A stretch of DNA of 64,000 nucleotides from Hadesarchaea archaeon (GCA_029259185.1 JAPDJF010000001.1:9156-73155); one strand, 5' to 3'. Shown: positions 37,524 through 48,059, counted from the first letter of the stretch. Notes: generated from the letters alone by a model not told the origin. A program made the numbers and translations.

Positions 37524-38408
37524 TTAGCCTGGGTCTTGGCTGTACACCCTCAGGGAAGTGTGAGTTTCGTCCCACACGGTGATCTCCTTAAATTCGTCTC
37601 CCTCAACAGGTTTTTTTCTGTAGAGCGAGGGGTCTGGGATATCCGCACTTTTAAACGCTAGGTACCGCCTCCTGCAGTTACTGCAGATCCCACAGTGGAC
37701 TGGGAGTTTTTCCTCCCCGTGGATTACCCAGATATCGCCCGAGTAACAGCTGTAAGTGTATCTCCAATCAACACCCAAGATCTTGCCGATCTTTATACAT
37801 GAGTCTTTATCCAAGTTGATGAAAGGTGCGTACACACGATATCCACCGAAGTGGGTGGAAACTTCGGCGACCCGATTCATTTCCTCGATGAACTCGGGAG
37901 TGTTGTCCTTCATCGCTACCGGGGTTTCCCTCCTTATCCCGATGTAGATATCCCATATTTCCCTGGTGCCTTTGGTGATGTAGCTTTTGAGATCGAAAGA
38001 CTCGGCGTGTGCCAATCCTATCGTGATCAACTGTAGGTTCCGAACGACATCCCACCATCTGAGGATCCTATCGCTGGCCTTTTGGGGATCCCACAGGGCG
38101 TCCACAGGTGTCTCGGGTATTGGCTCATCACTAACGAGTTTACTCGTTGATAGTTCTCCAAGCCATCTCACGTCAATCTCTTTGAATGGAACCTTAAGAA
38201 CCTCAGCGGTTTTTGCTGCACACCATCTTTCGTATTGGACCATTCTCTGTCCGTAGTTAGCGTGGATTATCAGCATCTTTGGAGGATTAACCACCTTTTT
38301 CACATAGTAGGTCATTGGAACACTGTCGGCACCCCCACTAACGAGGCAAACGGCATTTCGCTTTCCGATAACTTCCACCTCCGCGCTTTTCCCAAGTATC
38401 ATTTTCAC
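37524..38408 (-). CDS. queC: 7-cyano-7-deazaguanine synthase QueC-like PP-loop ATPase
   Basis: PP-loop CLVSGGADS. HANYGQR. C-terminal zinc site CGICSNCRRR. Confidence 0.65.
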   Translation of the reverse strand: MKMILGKSAEVEVIGKRNAVCLVSGGADSVPMTYYVKKVVNPPKMLIIHANYGQRMVQYERWCAAKTAEVLKVPFKEIDVRWLGELSTSKLVSDEPIPETPVDALWDPQKASDRILRWWDVVRNLQLITIGLAHAESFDLKSYITKGTREIWDIYIGIRRETPVAMKDNTPEFIEEMNRVAEVSTHFGGYRVYAPFINLDKDSCIKIGKILGVDWRYTYSCYSGDIWVIHGEEKLPVHCGICSNCRRRYLAFKSADIPDPSLYRKKPVEGDEFKEITVWDETHTSLRVYSQDPG

Positions 38409-38455
38409 CCATCAAATAATAGAGCACGCTTTATTAACTTCGACTTCGGGAGTGA

Positions 38456-40183
38456 TTAGAAGCTCCTGTATCGATTGGTGATGGGCATCTTACGATCTTT
38501 CCCCAGTGCCCGAGGAGTGATCTTTACGCCTGGGGGCGCTTGCCTGCGCTTGTATTCGTTCCTGTCGACCATGGTTACAACTTTTCTCACGGTTTTTTCA
38601 TCGAACCCAAGATTCAAGATTCCCTCGTATGGGACATCATCTTCCACGTAAGATTTCAGGATAGGATCGAGAACCTCATACGGGGGAAGGGTGTCTTGAT
38701 CTTTCTGGTTCGGTCTCAGTTCGGCACTCGGAGGTTTTTCTAACACCCTTTGCGGTATAACAGGGGATAAGGAATTTCTGTACAGTGCTAGTCTGTAAAC
38801 CCTCGTCTTGAACACATCCTTTAGAACTGCGAAGCCACCCGCCATGTCTCCGTAGAGGGTGGCATAACCCACACTCATCTCACTTTTGTTTCCAGTAGTC
38901 AAGACGAGGGAGCCGAACTTATTCGAAAGCGCCATGAGTATGTTGCCCCTTATCCTCGCTTGGATGTTCTCCTCCGTTACATCCGGTTTTTCCTGTTTGA
39001 AAACCTCTGAGAGACTCCGGAGGTATGCATCAAAAATGCCCTCTATAGAAATTGTGATAGTCTTTATCCCTAGATTCTCTGAAAGTTCCAGCGCATCTTC
39101 CACGGACTCCCTCGAGGTGTAGCGGGAGGGCATGAGAACACCTGTGACGTTTTCTCTTCCAAGAGCATCCACAGCGATGGCGGCAGTTAGAGATGAGTCA
39201 ATACCTCCGCTCAATCCGATGAGCACCCCTTTGAAGCCATTTTTTCTCACATAGTCTCTCGTCCCAACAACGAGTGCTTTGTATACCTCTTCGTCCTCCT
39301 GGAGCGGGCTCGTGAGGCTCGTTTTTATCCGAGGCTTGCTCCTTCGTGCAACTTTCTTTAGCTTTATGGTAACGACCTCTTGATCCCCCTTAAATTTCAG
39401 GATTTCTTTCCGCCTCCGAGGGTCGTGAAGCCTCGTCCTGAACACGGACTCGGGATTAACGTCGACCACGAGGAGCTCTTCTTCGAAAGCCTTCGCCCTA
39501 GCAGTGATTTCACCGCATTCGTTCACCACGAAGCTCTGACCATCGAAAACGAGCTCATCTTGTCCCCCCACCATGTTCACATAAGCTATGATGAGTTCGT
39601 TGTCGAACGCCCTTGTGGAGATCATCTTCTCCTTCAGGTTCCTCTTTCCTGCGTGGTAAGGGGATGCATTGAGGTTGATGGCTATCTGTGCCCCGGCCAG
39701 GGACTGAACGTGCACCGGTCCTTTCGGGTACCAAATATCTTCGCATATGCTTACTCCTATCCTCACCCCGTCCAGTTCAAAAATAACATTCTTGTCTCCA
39801 GCTTGGAAGTAACGATCCTCGTCAAATACACCATAGTTGGGGAGGAACATCTTGTGGTATATCCCAGCGAGTTCACCATCATGGATTAGAGCGGCAGCGT
39901 TATAGATGTCATCACTTTTGTCCACGAAACCGACGAGTGCGGTTATCCCGACGCACTTTTCCTCGATCTTTTCCAGAGTTTTGATGTTATCCTTTATGAA
40001 CTGAGGCTTGAGCAGTAGGTCCTCGGGAGGATATCCGGTCAAACACAGCTCCGGGAATGCTATCAGGTCAACTCCGAGCCTCTTGCCTTCTTCTACTCGC
40101 TTTAAGATTTTTTTTCTGTTTCCTTCTAGATCCCCAACCACTGGGTTTATCTGAGCCAGTCCGATCCTCATTTTATCGACCAC
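38456..40183 (-). CDS. nadE: Glutamine-dependent NAD+ synthetase (CN-hydrolase plus NAD synthetase domains)
   Basis: N-terminal nitrilase-like domain ([12 protein letters not shown]...FPEL). C-terminal PP-loop GLSGGIDSS. Length 575 aa. Confidence 0.85.
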   Translation of the reverse strand: MVDKMRIGLAQINPVVGDLEGNRKKILKRVEEGKRLGVDLIAFPELCLTGYPPEDLLLKPQFIKDNIKTLEKIEEKCVGITALVGFVDKSDDIYNAAALIHDGELAGIYHKMFLPNYGVFDEDRYFQAGDKNVIFELDGVRIGVSICEDIWYPKGPVHVQSLAGAQIAINLNASPYHAGKRNLKEKMISTRAFDNELIIAYVNMVGGQDELVFDGQSFVVNECGEITARAKAFEEELLVVDVNPESVFRTRLHDPRRRKEILKFKGDQEVVTIKLKKVARRSKPRIKTSLTSPLQEDEEVYKALVVGTRDYVRKNGFKGVLIGLSGGIDSSLTAAIAVDALGRENVTGVLMPSRYTSRESVEDALELSENLGIKTITISIEGIFDAYLRSLSEVFKQEKPDVTEENIQARIRGNILMALSNKFGSLVLTTGNKSEMSVGYATLYGDMAGGFAVLKDVFKTRVYRLALYRNSLSPVIPQRVLEKPPSAELRPNQKDQDTLPPYEVLDPILKSYVEDDVPYEGILNLGFDEKTVRKVVTMVDRNEYKRRQAPPGVKITPRALGKDRKMPITNRYRSF

Positions 40184-40232
40184 AGCTTCACATAGTCTTC
40201 CACTCGTTCAAAATAAGTCTTTCAGAGACCTC

Positions 40233-40823
40233 TGCTTTGCACAAAAATACCGGAAAACTTAAAATGGTTCCGACAGACCACGTTCGATGTTGGCCTCCAA
40301 GACGATAAGAGCTGAACTCTACGGCCTCACCCGGTTCAAGCGCAAGCTTCTGGAGGACCTCCAAGCCGAGTGGGATCGCGCCCAAGCCCCTTGAGAGGCC
40401 GGACTCTGAGAGAGCAAACGAGGCTGCCCTCCTACTACTGCCGTGCTTTAGCCTGGAAGGCTGGCGATGGGCGGAAGGCTCCCATCCTCATCGATAAGGA
40501 CTCATTCAAGCTCACCGACACCGGAAACAGTTCGCCAGGTTTTTCGTATCCGTTTCAACCCCCGGCGGGTGTACGCCGGCGAGGCATACACCAGCAAATG
40601 TGCCACTGGAAACGAAGGACGAAGGGTCTCTCAAGGCTTCTTCAAATGCTCGTCGTGTGGGCTGGAGTACAACGCCGACCTCAACGGAGCCATAAATATT
40701 GGAGAGGGGTTCCTGGGCCACTGGCTCAGGGACGAAGGCGTGGGGCTTTCGGCCCTTAGGGGATCCCGAGCCCCCAAGCACGGAAATTGGCCTCAGGGGC
40801 TAATTTTTTTTGTGCAGAGCCAG
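40233..40823 (+). mobile_element. MITE-like internally deleted derivative of the TnpB transposon, about 590 bp, with both TIRs and a 9-10-bp TSD (AGAGACCTC(T))
   Basis: Left end tGCTTTGCACAAAAATACCGGAAAACTTAAAATGG... Right end ...GGCCTCAGGGGCTAATTTTTTTTGTGCAGAGCC. The flanking direct repeat AGAGACCTCT lies at 40224-40233 and 40824-40833. Only the 5-prime and 3-prime parts of tnpB remain. Confidence 0.7.
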
Positions 40824-40835
40824 AGACCTCTCAGG

Positions 40836-42383
40836 TCACTCCCACTCTATGGTAGCTGGAGGCTTGTGGGTGATGTCGTATACCACCCGGCTTACTTGGG
40901 GGATCTCGTTAGTGATTCTCGTGGAGATCCTCTCCATAAGGTCATGGGGTAATTTTGCATAGCTCGCCGTCATTCCATCCACACTCTCAACCGCTCTTAT
41001 GGCTACTGTGTATCCGTACGCTCTCGCATCCCCTTTCACACCCGTGGATTTCGTGTCCAAGAGAACCGCGAAATATTGCCAGAGGGATCCCTTAACTTCA
41101 TGCTTTTCGATTTCCTCCCTCACTATTGCATCCACCCTCTTGAGTATCTCGATCTTCTCCTTAGTCACCTCACCGATTATCCTTATGGCCAATCCAGGGC
41201 CGGGAAAAGGCTGTCTGTTCACTATACTTTCGGGTATTCCAAGGGATCGGGCTATTTTCCTGACCTCGTCCTTGTATAACTCTCTCAAGGGTTCCACCAC
41301 CCCCTTGAACTTGATTTCGGTCGGGAGACCACCCACGTTGTGATGGGTTTTTATCTTCTCGGAGTGTTTCGAAGCCCCTGACTCTATCCTGTCCGGATAG
41401 ATCGTTCCTTGGATGAGGTATTCCGCCTCGCTCTCTTCTGCTACTTTCTCGAACACATGGATGAATTCTTCCCCGATGATCTTCCTCTTAAGCTCGGGAT
41501 CGCTTACCCCCCTGAGCTTTTCCATAAACCGTTTTCGTTCGTCTAAGACGAGGAGATTCATCCCAAGCTCGGTAAAAGTCTTCTTTATACTCTCTGGTTC
41601 CCCCTCCCTCATGAATCCGTGGTCAACGAAGACGGCTGTCAAATTTCTCCCCACGGCCTTAGCGGCTAGCACAGCAGCTGTGCTTGAGTCTATTCCACCA
41701 CTCAGGGCGATGATACATTTCGAGTTTCCAACCTTTTCCCTGATCTCCTCAACGCACTTTTTCACGAAGTTTTCGGGTGTCCAGTTCGGAACACATCCAC
41801 ATATCTCGAAAAGGAAGTTCCTCAGCAACATCTTTCCTCTGGGTGTGTGGACGACCTCGGGGTGCCACTGGACTCCATAGAGGGGTTTGTGTCTGTGGCG
41901 GAACGCAGCTACTGGGCAATTTTCGGTGTGTGCGAGTATCTCAAACTCTTCGGGCATTTCGTACACGGTGTCTCCATGGCTTGTCCAAACTCTCTCGACC
42001 TTTTGGTGTCCTTTCAGCAAGGTGTCGGTTACATCCACATAGACTTCGGTGATACCGTATTCCATTTTGTCTCCCTTCCTCACATCACCCCCCATGTAAT
42101 GGGCTACCAGCTGGTGACCATAGCATATCCCCAAGATGGGCAACCCCATCTCGAGTATTTCCTTCCGGCATCGGGGAGCCCCTTTCTCATAGATGCTGGA
42201 GGGCCCTCCCGAGAGGATGATCCCTTTCACCGAGTATTCATCATCAAAAGATCGAATCTCCTCGGGCGTGATATCCGGAGGGACGATCTCGGCATACACC
42301 TCCTCTTCCCTGATTCTCCGTTTGATCAAGTGGCAGTACTGCCCGCCGAAGTTCAAGACAAGCACGACATCAGTTTTCATCAA
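40836..42383 (-). CDS. guaA: GMP synthase (glutamine-hydrolysing), full-length with GATase and ATP-PPase domains
   Basis: GATase catalytic region GICYGHQL. PP-loop SGGIDSS. C-terminal dimerisation domain. Length 515 aa. Confidence 0.9.
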   Translation of the reverse strand: MMKTDVVLVLNFGGQYCHLIKRRIREEEVYAEIVPPDITPEEIRSFDDEYSVKGIILSGGPSSIYEKGAPRCRKEILEMGLPILGICYGHQLVAHYMGGDVRKGDKMEYGITEVYVDVTDTLLKGHQKVERVWTSHGDTVYEMPEEFEILAHTENCPVAAFRHRHKPLYGVQWHPEVVHTPRGKMLLRNFLFEICGCVPNWTPENFVKKCVEEIREKVGNSKCIIALSGGIDSSTAAVLAAKAVGRNLTAVFVDHGFMREGEPESIKKTFTELGMNLLVLDERKRFMEKLRGVSDPELKRKIIGEEFIHVFEKVAEESEAEYLIQGTIYPDRIESGASKHSEKIKTHHNVGGLPTEIKFKGVVEPLRELYKDEVRKIARSLGIPESIVNRQPFPGPGLAIRIIGEVTKEKIEILKRVDAIVREEIEKHEVKGSLWQYFAVLLDTKSTGVKGDARAYGYTVAIRAVESVDGMTASYAKLPHDLMERISTRITNEIPQVSRVVYDITHKPPATIEWE

Positions 42384-42660
42384 TTTCGATTATCGTCTGG
42401 GCTTAAAACTTCCCTCGCAAGGTTTTTGGTCCTCGGGTTGAAGTTTTAGGAACTTTTAACTCCACCGCCGGGGAGTCCCCTTCCGCAAGGGGGGGAATGA
42501 GAGGTGGAACGATATATAGTTTGTAGTAATCTATTGCGATGACGAAATACATCATCACGGTTGAAGATAGGTTGGGGGGAGGAATTCAAGCGGACCATAA
42601 CGAAGGACAAGACCATCAATGAAGCAATGGAGCTGATAAAGAAAAAAGTGGGGCAGGGGC

Positions 42661-43440
42661 GTGCTTAGCCACAGGTTCTGCTTGTATCCTTCAAAGACAG
42701 CCGAGCGCGCTCTGAATCGACACATGGCACTTTGCAGGTGGCTCTACAACCGCCTGCTCTCGGAGCTGAACTTGGTGAGGGAGAAGGGAATGAGGCTGAG
42801 AGACACCCAAGCCTTGATCGTTGACCTGAAAAAGCACGAGAAGCCTGAACTCAACGAGGTGCACTCAAGAGTTTTACAGATGGTCAGCTCTGGTCGAACG
42901 TTCGTGCTCTTGCTTGGCTGAAGCGGAGCGGTAAAAAAATCGAGAAGTTGTGGTTCAAGGGAAGGGGCTGGTTCAAGACGCTGAACTACAACCAGTCGGG
43001 GTTCAAGCTTGAGAGCGGAAAGCTCGCCCTCTCGAAAATCGGGGAAATCCCCATCAAGCTCCACCGAAAGATTGAGGGAAAAGTGAAGGGGGTTATCTGT
43101 CAAGCGCGAACGCTAGGGCAAGTGGCACGCGATATTTCAGGTGGAGGGGGAATTGGAACCCCTGCCGAAGACGGGCAAGGCGGTCGGGATCGATGTCTGA
43201 TCAAGCGCTTCCTGAGCCTCAAGAACCCGCGCTTCTACGAGCGAACACTTGAACGGATAAGGGTGAGGCAAAAACAGTTGTCTAAGAAGCGGGAGGGTTC
43301 AGCCAACAGGAGAAAAGCTCGATCTTCTCAACTTTTTTGGGGAAGGCCTCAGTCCGCCCATCATCAAATCATCGCTGGGCTCAAAGGTACCGTGACATCA
43401 TCGGCGAATGATTTTTGTCTTGGATCCATAAATCCTTGTC
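42661..43440 (+). pseudogene. Degraded TnpB/OrfB-like gene of a second family, with frameshifts and a truncated C-terminus
   Basis: The N-terminal signature HRFCLYPSKTAERALNRHMALCRWLYNRLL is the TnpB N-terminal pattern. The middle part is in another frame. KAVGIDV (RuvC-I) is readable only in a third frame and is followed by a stop. The zinc-finger and RuvC-III C-terminus is absent. Confidence 0.5.
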
Positions 43441-43442
43441 GG

Positions 43443-43814
43443 CTACACCACTTCGAGGAGAAGCTTCTCTTCATTTGGAGCGTATACGGCTATGTTGGTT
43501 TCTCCGTATGGATATGCGACGATCATGAGCAATCGTCCGAATGTGTAGTTCATATCGTGTGCGGAGGGAATCAAGATGCCAGAGGGATGTGAGTGAACGC
43601 TCCCCATTATTGAGGGATCCAAGGGAAGTGCATGTAGGGGGAACCCGGCGAAATCTCTACCCCGGGTGACGAATGGGGGAAAGAGAAATTCAGTTAATTC
43701 GACCACCCCTCTCTTCGATTTTCCCCGCAGGAGGAGAAGCATTTCTTTTGGGTGCATATCCCCGGCATTTTTTAGGATGAGACTCAGTAGCTCTCTGTCG
43801 ATTCGGACTCTCAC
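43443..43814 (-). CDS. JAMM/MPN-family metalloprotease (Mov34-like)
   Basis: JAMM motif HSHPSGILIPSAHD (HxHx7Sx2D). Length 123 aa. Confidence 0.65.
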   Translation of the reverse strand: MRVRIDRELLSLILKNAGDMHPKEMLLLLRGKSKRGVVELTEFLFPPFVTRGRDFAGFPLHALPLDPSIMGSVHSHPSGILIPSAHDMNYTFGRLLMIVAYPYGETNIAVYAPNEEKLLLEVV

Positions 43815-43914
43815 ATCTCTGTTTTGTTGGGATCGTTTTTTAACTTCGGTACTTCTGGTGCTTGGTGCCGAAGTGTTTATTTTTGTTTGATCCCTTATTT
43901 TTTATGGTGAAACG

Positions 43915-44523
43915 ATGTGGGATTTCTGGGAGGATTGGTTCAGGAGATGGCGACGGAATTTCTTTAGAGATGTCTTCAGGGATTTCAGGGAGATGAACAG
44001 GGAGTTTGAAGAGATGTTTGCCCGGATGTTCAGGGAGTTACCGAGAGAGTTTCTCCGAGAGTCGAAACTCCCCGATGGAAGCATCGTCAAGACGTGGGGT
44101 CCTGTGGTCTACGGGTACTCCATGACGGTCGGGCCTGATGGTAAACCGTCCGTGAAGGTATTCGGTAATGTGAGTCCAGAACTTGGCCTGCCTAACGTAG
44201 AGATGAAACGCGAGCCACTGGTCGAGTGCATTCCTGGTCCGAAGCACGTGAGGGTGATAGTCGAACTTCCCGGGGTGAGTAAATCCGATATCGATCTCAA
44301 AGCGGAGGAGAATAGGGTTGTGGTTTCTGCCGAGAGGGGGGATTGGAAGTACTACAAAGAGATCGAGCTTCCTTGCAAGGTAGATCCTAAGTCCGCGGAC
44401 GCGAGTTACACCAACGGGATCCTAGAGGTGATATTCCGAAGGCAAGAGAAACCTGAACCCAAAGAGAAAATCGAGATAAAGGGGCCAGAGGAGAGGAAAG
44501 AAGAAAAGAAGGAAAAGAAGTGA
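43915..44523 (+). CDS. Hsp20/alpha-crystallin family small heat-shock protein with a Lys/Glu-rich tail
   Basis: KHVRVIVELPGVSKSDIDLKAEENRVVVSAERGDWKYYKEIELPCKVDPKSADASYTNGILEVIFRR is a clear alpha-crystallin domain. Confidence 0.7.
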   Translation: MWDFWEDWFRRWRRNFFRDVFRDFREMNREFEEMFARMFRELPREFLRESKLPDGSIVKTWGPVVYGYSMTVGPDGKPSVKVFGNVSPELGLPNVEMKREPLVECIPGPKHVRVIVELPGVSKSDIDLKAEENRVVVSAERGDWKYYKEIELPCKVDPKSADASYTNGILEVIFRRQEKPEPKEKIEIKGPEERKEEKKEKK

Positions 44524-44689
44524 ACTCCTTTCTTATCTTTTTTTAAGCTCATTGGATAATGTTGACGTTAGAAGTCGAGGTATGCGTACAGCCATATTTT
44601 GTCCCCCATTAGATCTAAGAATGTTCAGAAACGATCTTGATAGGTTCCCGAGAAATCGAATTTATAATTTGAGGCACAAAAGGTATTGG

Positions 44690-44798
44690 GCCCCGGTGGT
44701 GTAGACCGGTCAAGGAGGAAGCTCCGCCGAAATCATACAGCCCTTTCGAGCAACGAGGACAGGCTGTGACGTGGGTTCAAATCCCGCCCGGGGCACCA
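44690..44798 (+). tRNA. tRNA-Glu (anticodon UUC) with two putative introns: about 19 nt in the D-loop (44714-44732) and 12 nt at the canonical 37/38 position (44749-44760). CCA is encoded
   Basis: With both inserts removed, the sequence GCCCCGG-UG-GUGUAGACCGGUCAA-UCAU-A-CAGCC-CUUUCGA-GGCUG-UGAC-GUGGGUUCAAAUCCCGC-CCGGGGC-A-CCA matches the canonical archaeal tRNA-Glu. Without splicing, the D-arm and anticodon stem cannot form. Confidence 0.55.
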
Positions 44799-44878
44799 CC
44801 TCCGAAATACTCGTTTGTGGATCTCGGAAAACACGAACAGGGGAAGTCAATGTACCAAGAATAATCTAAAGAAACTCA

Positions 44879-45136
44879 GTGATGGAGTTTCCGTGCCACC
44901 GTTGTAGAGAACTTATTCTTTCATTCGTGTTCGTCCTCTTATTCCTGGGTCAGATTACCCCAGTTGGATCACAGGCGCTAACATCGGTTCCAGAGGAGGG
45001 AGTGGTGGTGGCTGTTTTTGATCCCACAACCGGAGATATCGTATACCTCTTCTCTTTCATGGGTGACTGTGGCCCCAGTTTTGAAATGTATGAACGCATG
45101 GGTCTTATCCCCATTGTTATCGAAAACCATCCATGA
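44879..45136 (+). CDS. Small hypothetical secreted or membrane protein
   Basis: 85 aa with an N-terminal hydrophobic segment (LILSFVFVLLFLGQI). No known motif. Confidence 0.25.
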   Translation: MMEFPCHRCRELILSFVFVLLFLGQITPVGSQALTSVPEEGVVVAVFDPTTGDIVYLFSFMGDCGPSFEMYERMGLIPIVIENHP

Positions 45137-45585
45137 AAAACGAGATATGGAGGGATCCAACTAGATTTCTACTTCGATTTTGAAGACGAGCGAGCACATC
45201 AAGAACCGCACCATCAGAGGCGAAGACATAGGTTAGGGACAAGTCACGAACACGAGATAGCTTTGGGTACAATCCTTCCCAGGAGCCTCAAGCTCAAAGA
45301 AAAGTTATTAGCATCGGACGGTGGAGTTTTTCGCCACCTTTTTACCTGCGCTACCAAATCCATTAGTTTGGGCGGAGATGGGCTCCAAGTTCGGTGATTA
45401 CCTCCTTCGGATAGGTTATGTTCTCGAAACCGTCGCGCTCCACGAAGTAGCGCTTGCACTTTTGCATCGATAGCCCTGTTCACTTCTTCGTCACCTACCA
45501 AGTCCAGCCTCCAAGATGAATTGACCAATCTTAAATCACTAATCCTAGGAAAACCTTAAATCCAGATGAAGTCATTGAGTGATGA

Positions 45586-46911
45586 GTGGAAGACAAAAGT
45601 AAAGTTCTGAAAACCGCTGAAACCGAGAAGGTAAAATTCGTCCAGATGCAGTTCATGGACATCCTTGGTACAGTGAAAAATGTCACGATACCCGTGAGTA
45701 GGCTTGAGAGGGCCTTAGAGGAGGGTGTTTTCTTCGATGGTTCCTCGATCTTGGGATATGCCACCATCGAAGAATCAGACATGCGCCTCATGCCCGACCC
45801 AAAAACTTTCACCATATTGCCTTGGACCGAAGAGGGACTCAAAACTGCCCGCATGGTCTGCGACGTTTACGACCATGAAAACAATAGGTTCGAAGGGGAT
45901 CCTAGATACGCTATACAGAGGATCTTGGGCAAAGCTAGAGAGATGGGGTACATTTTCAACACGGCACCAGAATACGAGTTCTTCTTCCTACTTCTCGATG
46001 AGAAAGGGAACCCGACAAACAAACCTTCCGATTCTGGGGGATATTTCGACCTCATGAAAGATCGTGGAGATGAAATAAGGAAGGAAATTGTTTCCCACTT
46101 GAACGCGATGGGTTTTGAGGTAGAGGCCTCACATCATGAAGTGGCTCCGGGACAGCACGAGATTGACCTCAGGTATGCTGACGCGCTGACCTCTGCAGAC
46201 AGGGTAGCGATGATGAAATACGTGGCCAAGGTCATCGCTTACAAACACCAACTCTTTGCCACCTTTATGCCAAAACCTATATACGGGGTCAACGGTTCAG
46301 GCATGCACACCCATATGTCGCTTATAACCCCGGACGGAAGGAATGTGTTTTACGATCCGAATGGCAAATACCAACTCAGCGATCTCGCCCTGTACTTCAT
46401 AGGCGGGCTGCTGAAGTACGCTAAAGAGATCTGTGCAATCCTAGCATCATCCGTCAACTCTTACAAGAGACTCGTGCCCGGCTACGAAGCCCCAGTATAT
46501 ATCTCCTGGGCGAACAGGAACAGGAGTGCCTACATAAGGGTACCCTCGGGAAGAGGCATGAGAACCAGAATAGAACTACGCAGTCCTGACCCGGCGGGGA
46601 ATCCCTATCTCCAATTCACGGTCATGCTGGCTGCTGGTTTGAAAGGGATTAAAGACAAGATTTCACCTCCTGATCCCGTCGAGAAAAACATTTTCCGCAT
46701 AAACGCTGAAGAGAAGAAAGCTCTGGGAATCGAATCGCTACCGAGAAACTTGGGAGAAGCGCTGGAATACATGGAAAAAAGTAGCCTAGTGAAGGAGGCT
46801 CTGGGAACCCACCTCTTCGAGCACTTCCTTTACATCAAGGGACAGGAGTGGGACACTTATAGGGCTCAGGTGAGCGACTGGGAAGTCAAAAACCTCCTGC
46901 CTTCCCTTTAA
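45586..46911 (+). CDS. glnA: Glutamine synthetase type I
   Basis: Length 441 aa. The N-terminal beta-grasp region (VKFVQMQFMDILGTVKNVTIP) and the catalytic-domain patterns (GSGMHTHMS, NPYL) are present. Confidence 0.9.
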   Translation: MEDKSKVLKTAETEKVKFVQMQFMDILGTVKNVTIPVSRLERALEEGVFFDGSSILGYATIEESDMRLMPDPKTFTILPWTEEGLKTARMVCDVYDHENNRFEGDPRYAIQRILGKAREMGYIFNTAPEYEFFFLLLDEKGNPTNKPSDSGGYFDLMKDRGDEIRKEIVSHLNAMGFEVEASHHEVAPGQHEIDLRYADALTSADRVAMMKYVAKVIAYKHQLFATFMPKPIYGVNGSGMHTHMSLITPDGRNVFYDPNGKYQLSDLALYFIGGLLKYAKEICAILASSVNSYKRLVPGYEAPVYISWANRNRSAYIRVPSGRGMRTRIELRSPDPAGNPYLQFTVMLAAGLKGIKDKISPPDPVEKNIFRINAEEKKALGIESLPRNLGEALEYMEKSSLVKEALGTHLFEHFLYIKGQEWDTYRAQVSDWEVKNLLPSL

Positions 46912-46963
46912 ATTCATCAAAGCTCAATAATCTTGAGGAGAACCCCTCCGAACATGAATAGAC

Positions 46964-47527
46964 ATGAAAAAGAAAGTTTCGAACGAGGATGTTTATAGGT
47001 TGCTTCACCCCAGACAGGTTGTTCTCGTGACAAGCATCGGTGAATCAGGGGAACCGAACATCATGCCCGTTGCTTGGTCTACCCCCCTATCTTTCAGCCC
47101 TCCCTTGGTCGGGGTCTCGGTGGGATTTCAGCGATATTCTCACAAGCTCATCATCGAGAGTGGTGAGTTTGTGATCAACATCCCCGGGGTCGAGCTTGCT
47201 TTGAAGGTGCAGGAGTGCGGTAGGGTTTCAGGAAGAACCCATGCCAAATTCGAGGAGGTGGGCCTCACCCCGAAACCTTCCAAGAAGTTGAAGACTCCGA
47301 TCGTAGAAGAGTGTTTAGCCCACTTGGAATGTAAACTCTTCAAGTCGTTGGAAGTTGGGGACCATACCTTCTTCGTCGGTCGGGTGGTGGAAGCATACGC
47401 TGACGAAAAAGTCTTCAAGAGAGGAGTATTCGATCTCAATAAGGCTAAGATACTTTATCATGTTGGGGGTAGCTCTTTCACCACGTTGAGCGATCGTCTA
47501 CTGAATGGTGGGGATGTATCCGCTTAA
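46964..47527 (+). CDS. Flavin reductase-like FMN-binding split-barrel protein
   Basis: RQVVLVTSIGESGEPNIMPVAWSTPLSFSPPLVGVSV follows the flavin-reductase-domain pattern. Confidence 0.6.
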   Translation: MKKKVSNEDVYRLLHPRQVVLVTSIGESGEPNIMPVAWSTPLSFSPPLVGVSVGFQRYSHKLIIESGEFVINIPGVELALKVQECGRVSGRTHAKFEEVGLTPKPSKKLKTPIVEECLAHLECKLFKSLEVGDHTFFVGRVVEAYADEKVFKRGVFDLNKAKILYHVGGSSFTTLSDRLLNGGDVSA

Positions 47528-47612
47528 AGCCCGAGACTTGTGAACAGTTCGATCCGTCATCCCCTCCAACCTATGGGTGGTTCCACTTTGGCCCTTGGCC
47601 CGAAGGTTTTAA

Positions 47613-48044
47613 ATGTGGAACAGAGGGAAAAATAGCAAAGGTGGGAGTTTGCAGAGGATGCCCGTAGTCGTGCAAGAAGTATTGAATAACCCGGGAAGAT
47701 TGTTGGGGATTGCCGGGATCCTGTTGTTTGTGGGTTCTCTAGGTTCCTGGTATTCGGGTCCCACCACAAGTGGCTGGGATGCCGGGATAGGTAAGATCAG
47801 CTTCTTCATTTCGCTGATTTTCTTAGCGACGGCGGCTACTCATCTCGGGTACATCCGTCACCCAATCGCCCACCCACTCCTGCCCATGCTCAGCATTTCC
47901 TCGATTTGCGGATTCATAGCGCTGATAACTTGTCTCGTGGGGTTTGACTTGCGCCCGAATTATTCTTGGGGACTCCTCCTCAGCACCGTAGGGGCACTGG
48001 CTGCGCTTTTCGCGGCTTACAAGGCGTACACGCTCAGGGTTTAG
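47613..48044 (+). CDS. Hypothetical integral membrane protein
   Basis: 143 aa with four predicted hydrophobic helices. Confidence 0.4.
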   Translation: MWNRGKNSKGGSLQRMPVVVQEVLNNPGRLLGIAGILLFVGSLGSWYSGPTTSGWDAGIGKISFFISLIFLATAATHLGYIRHPIAHPLLPMLSISSICGFIALITCLVGFDLRPNYSWGLLLSTVGALAALFAAYKAYTLRV

Positions 48045-48059
48045 TCTTCTTTGGGATGA

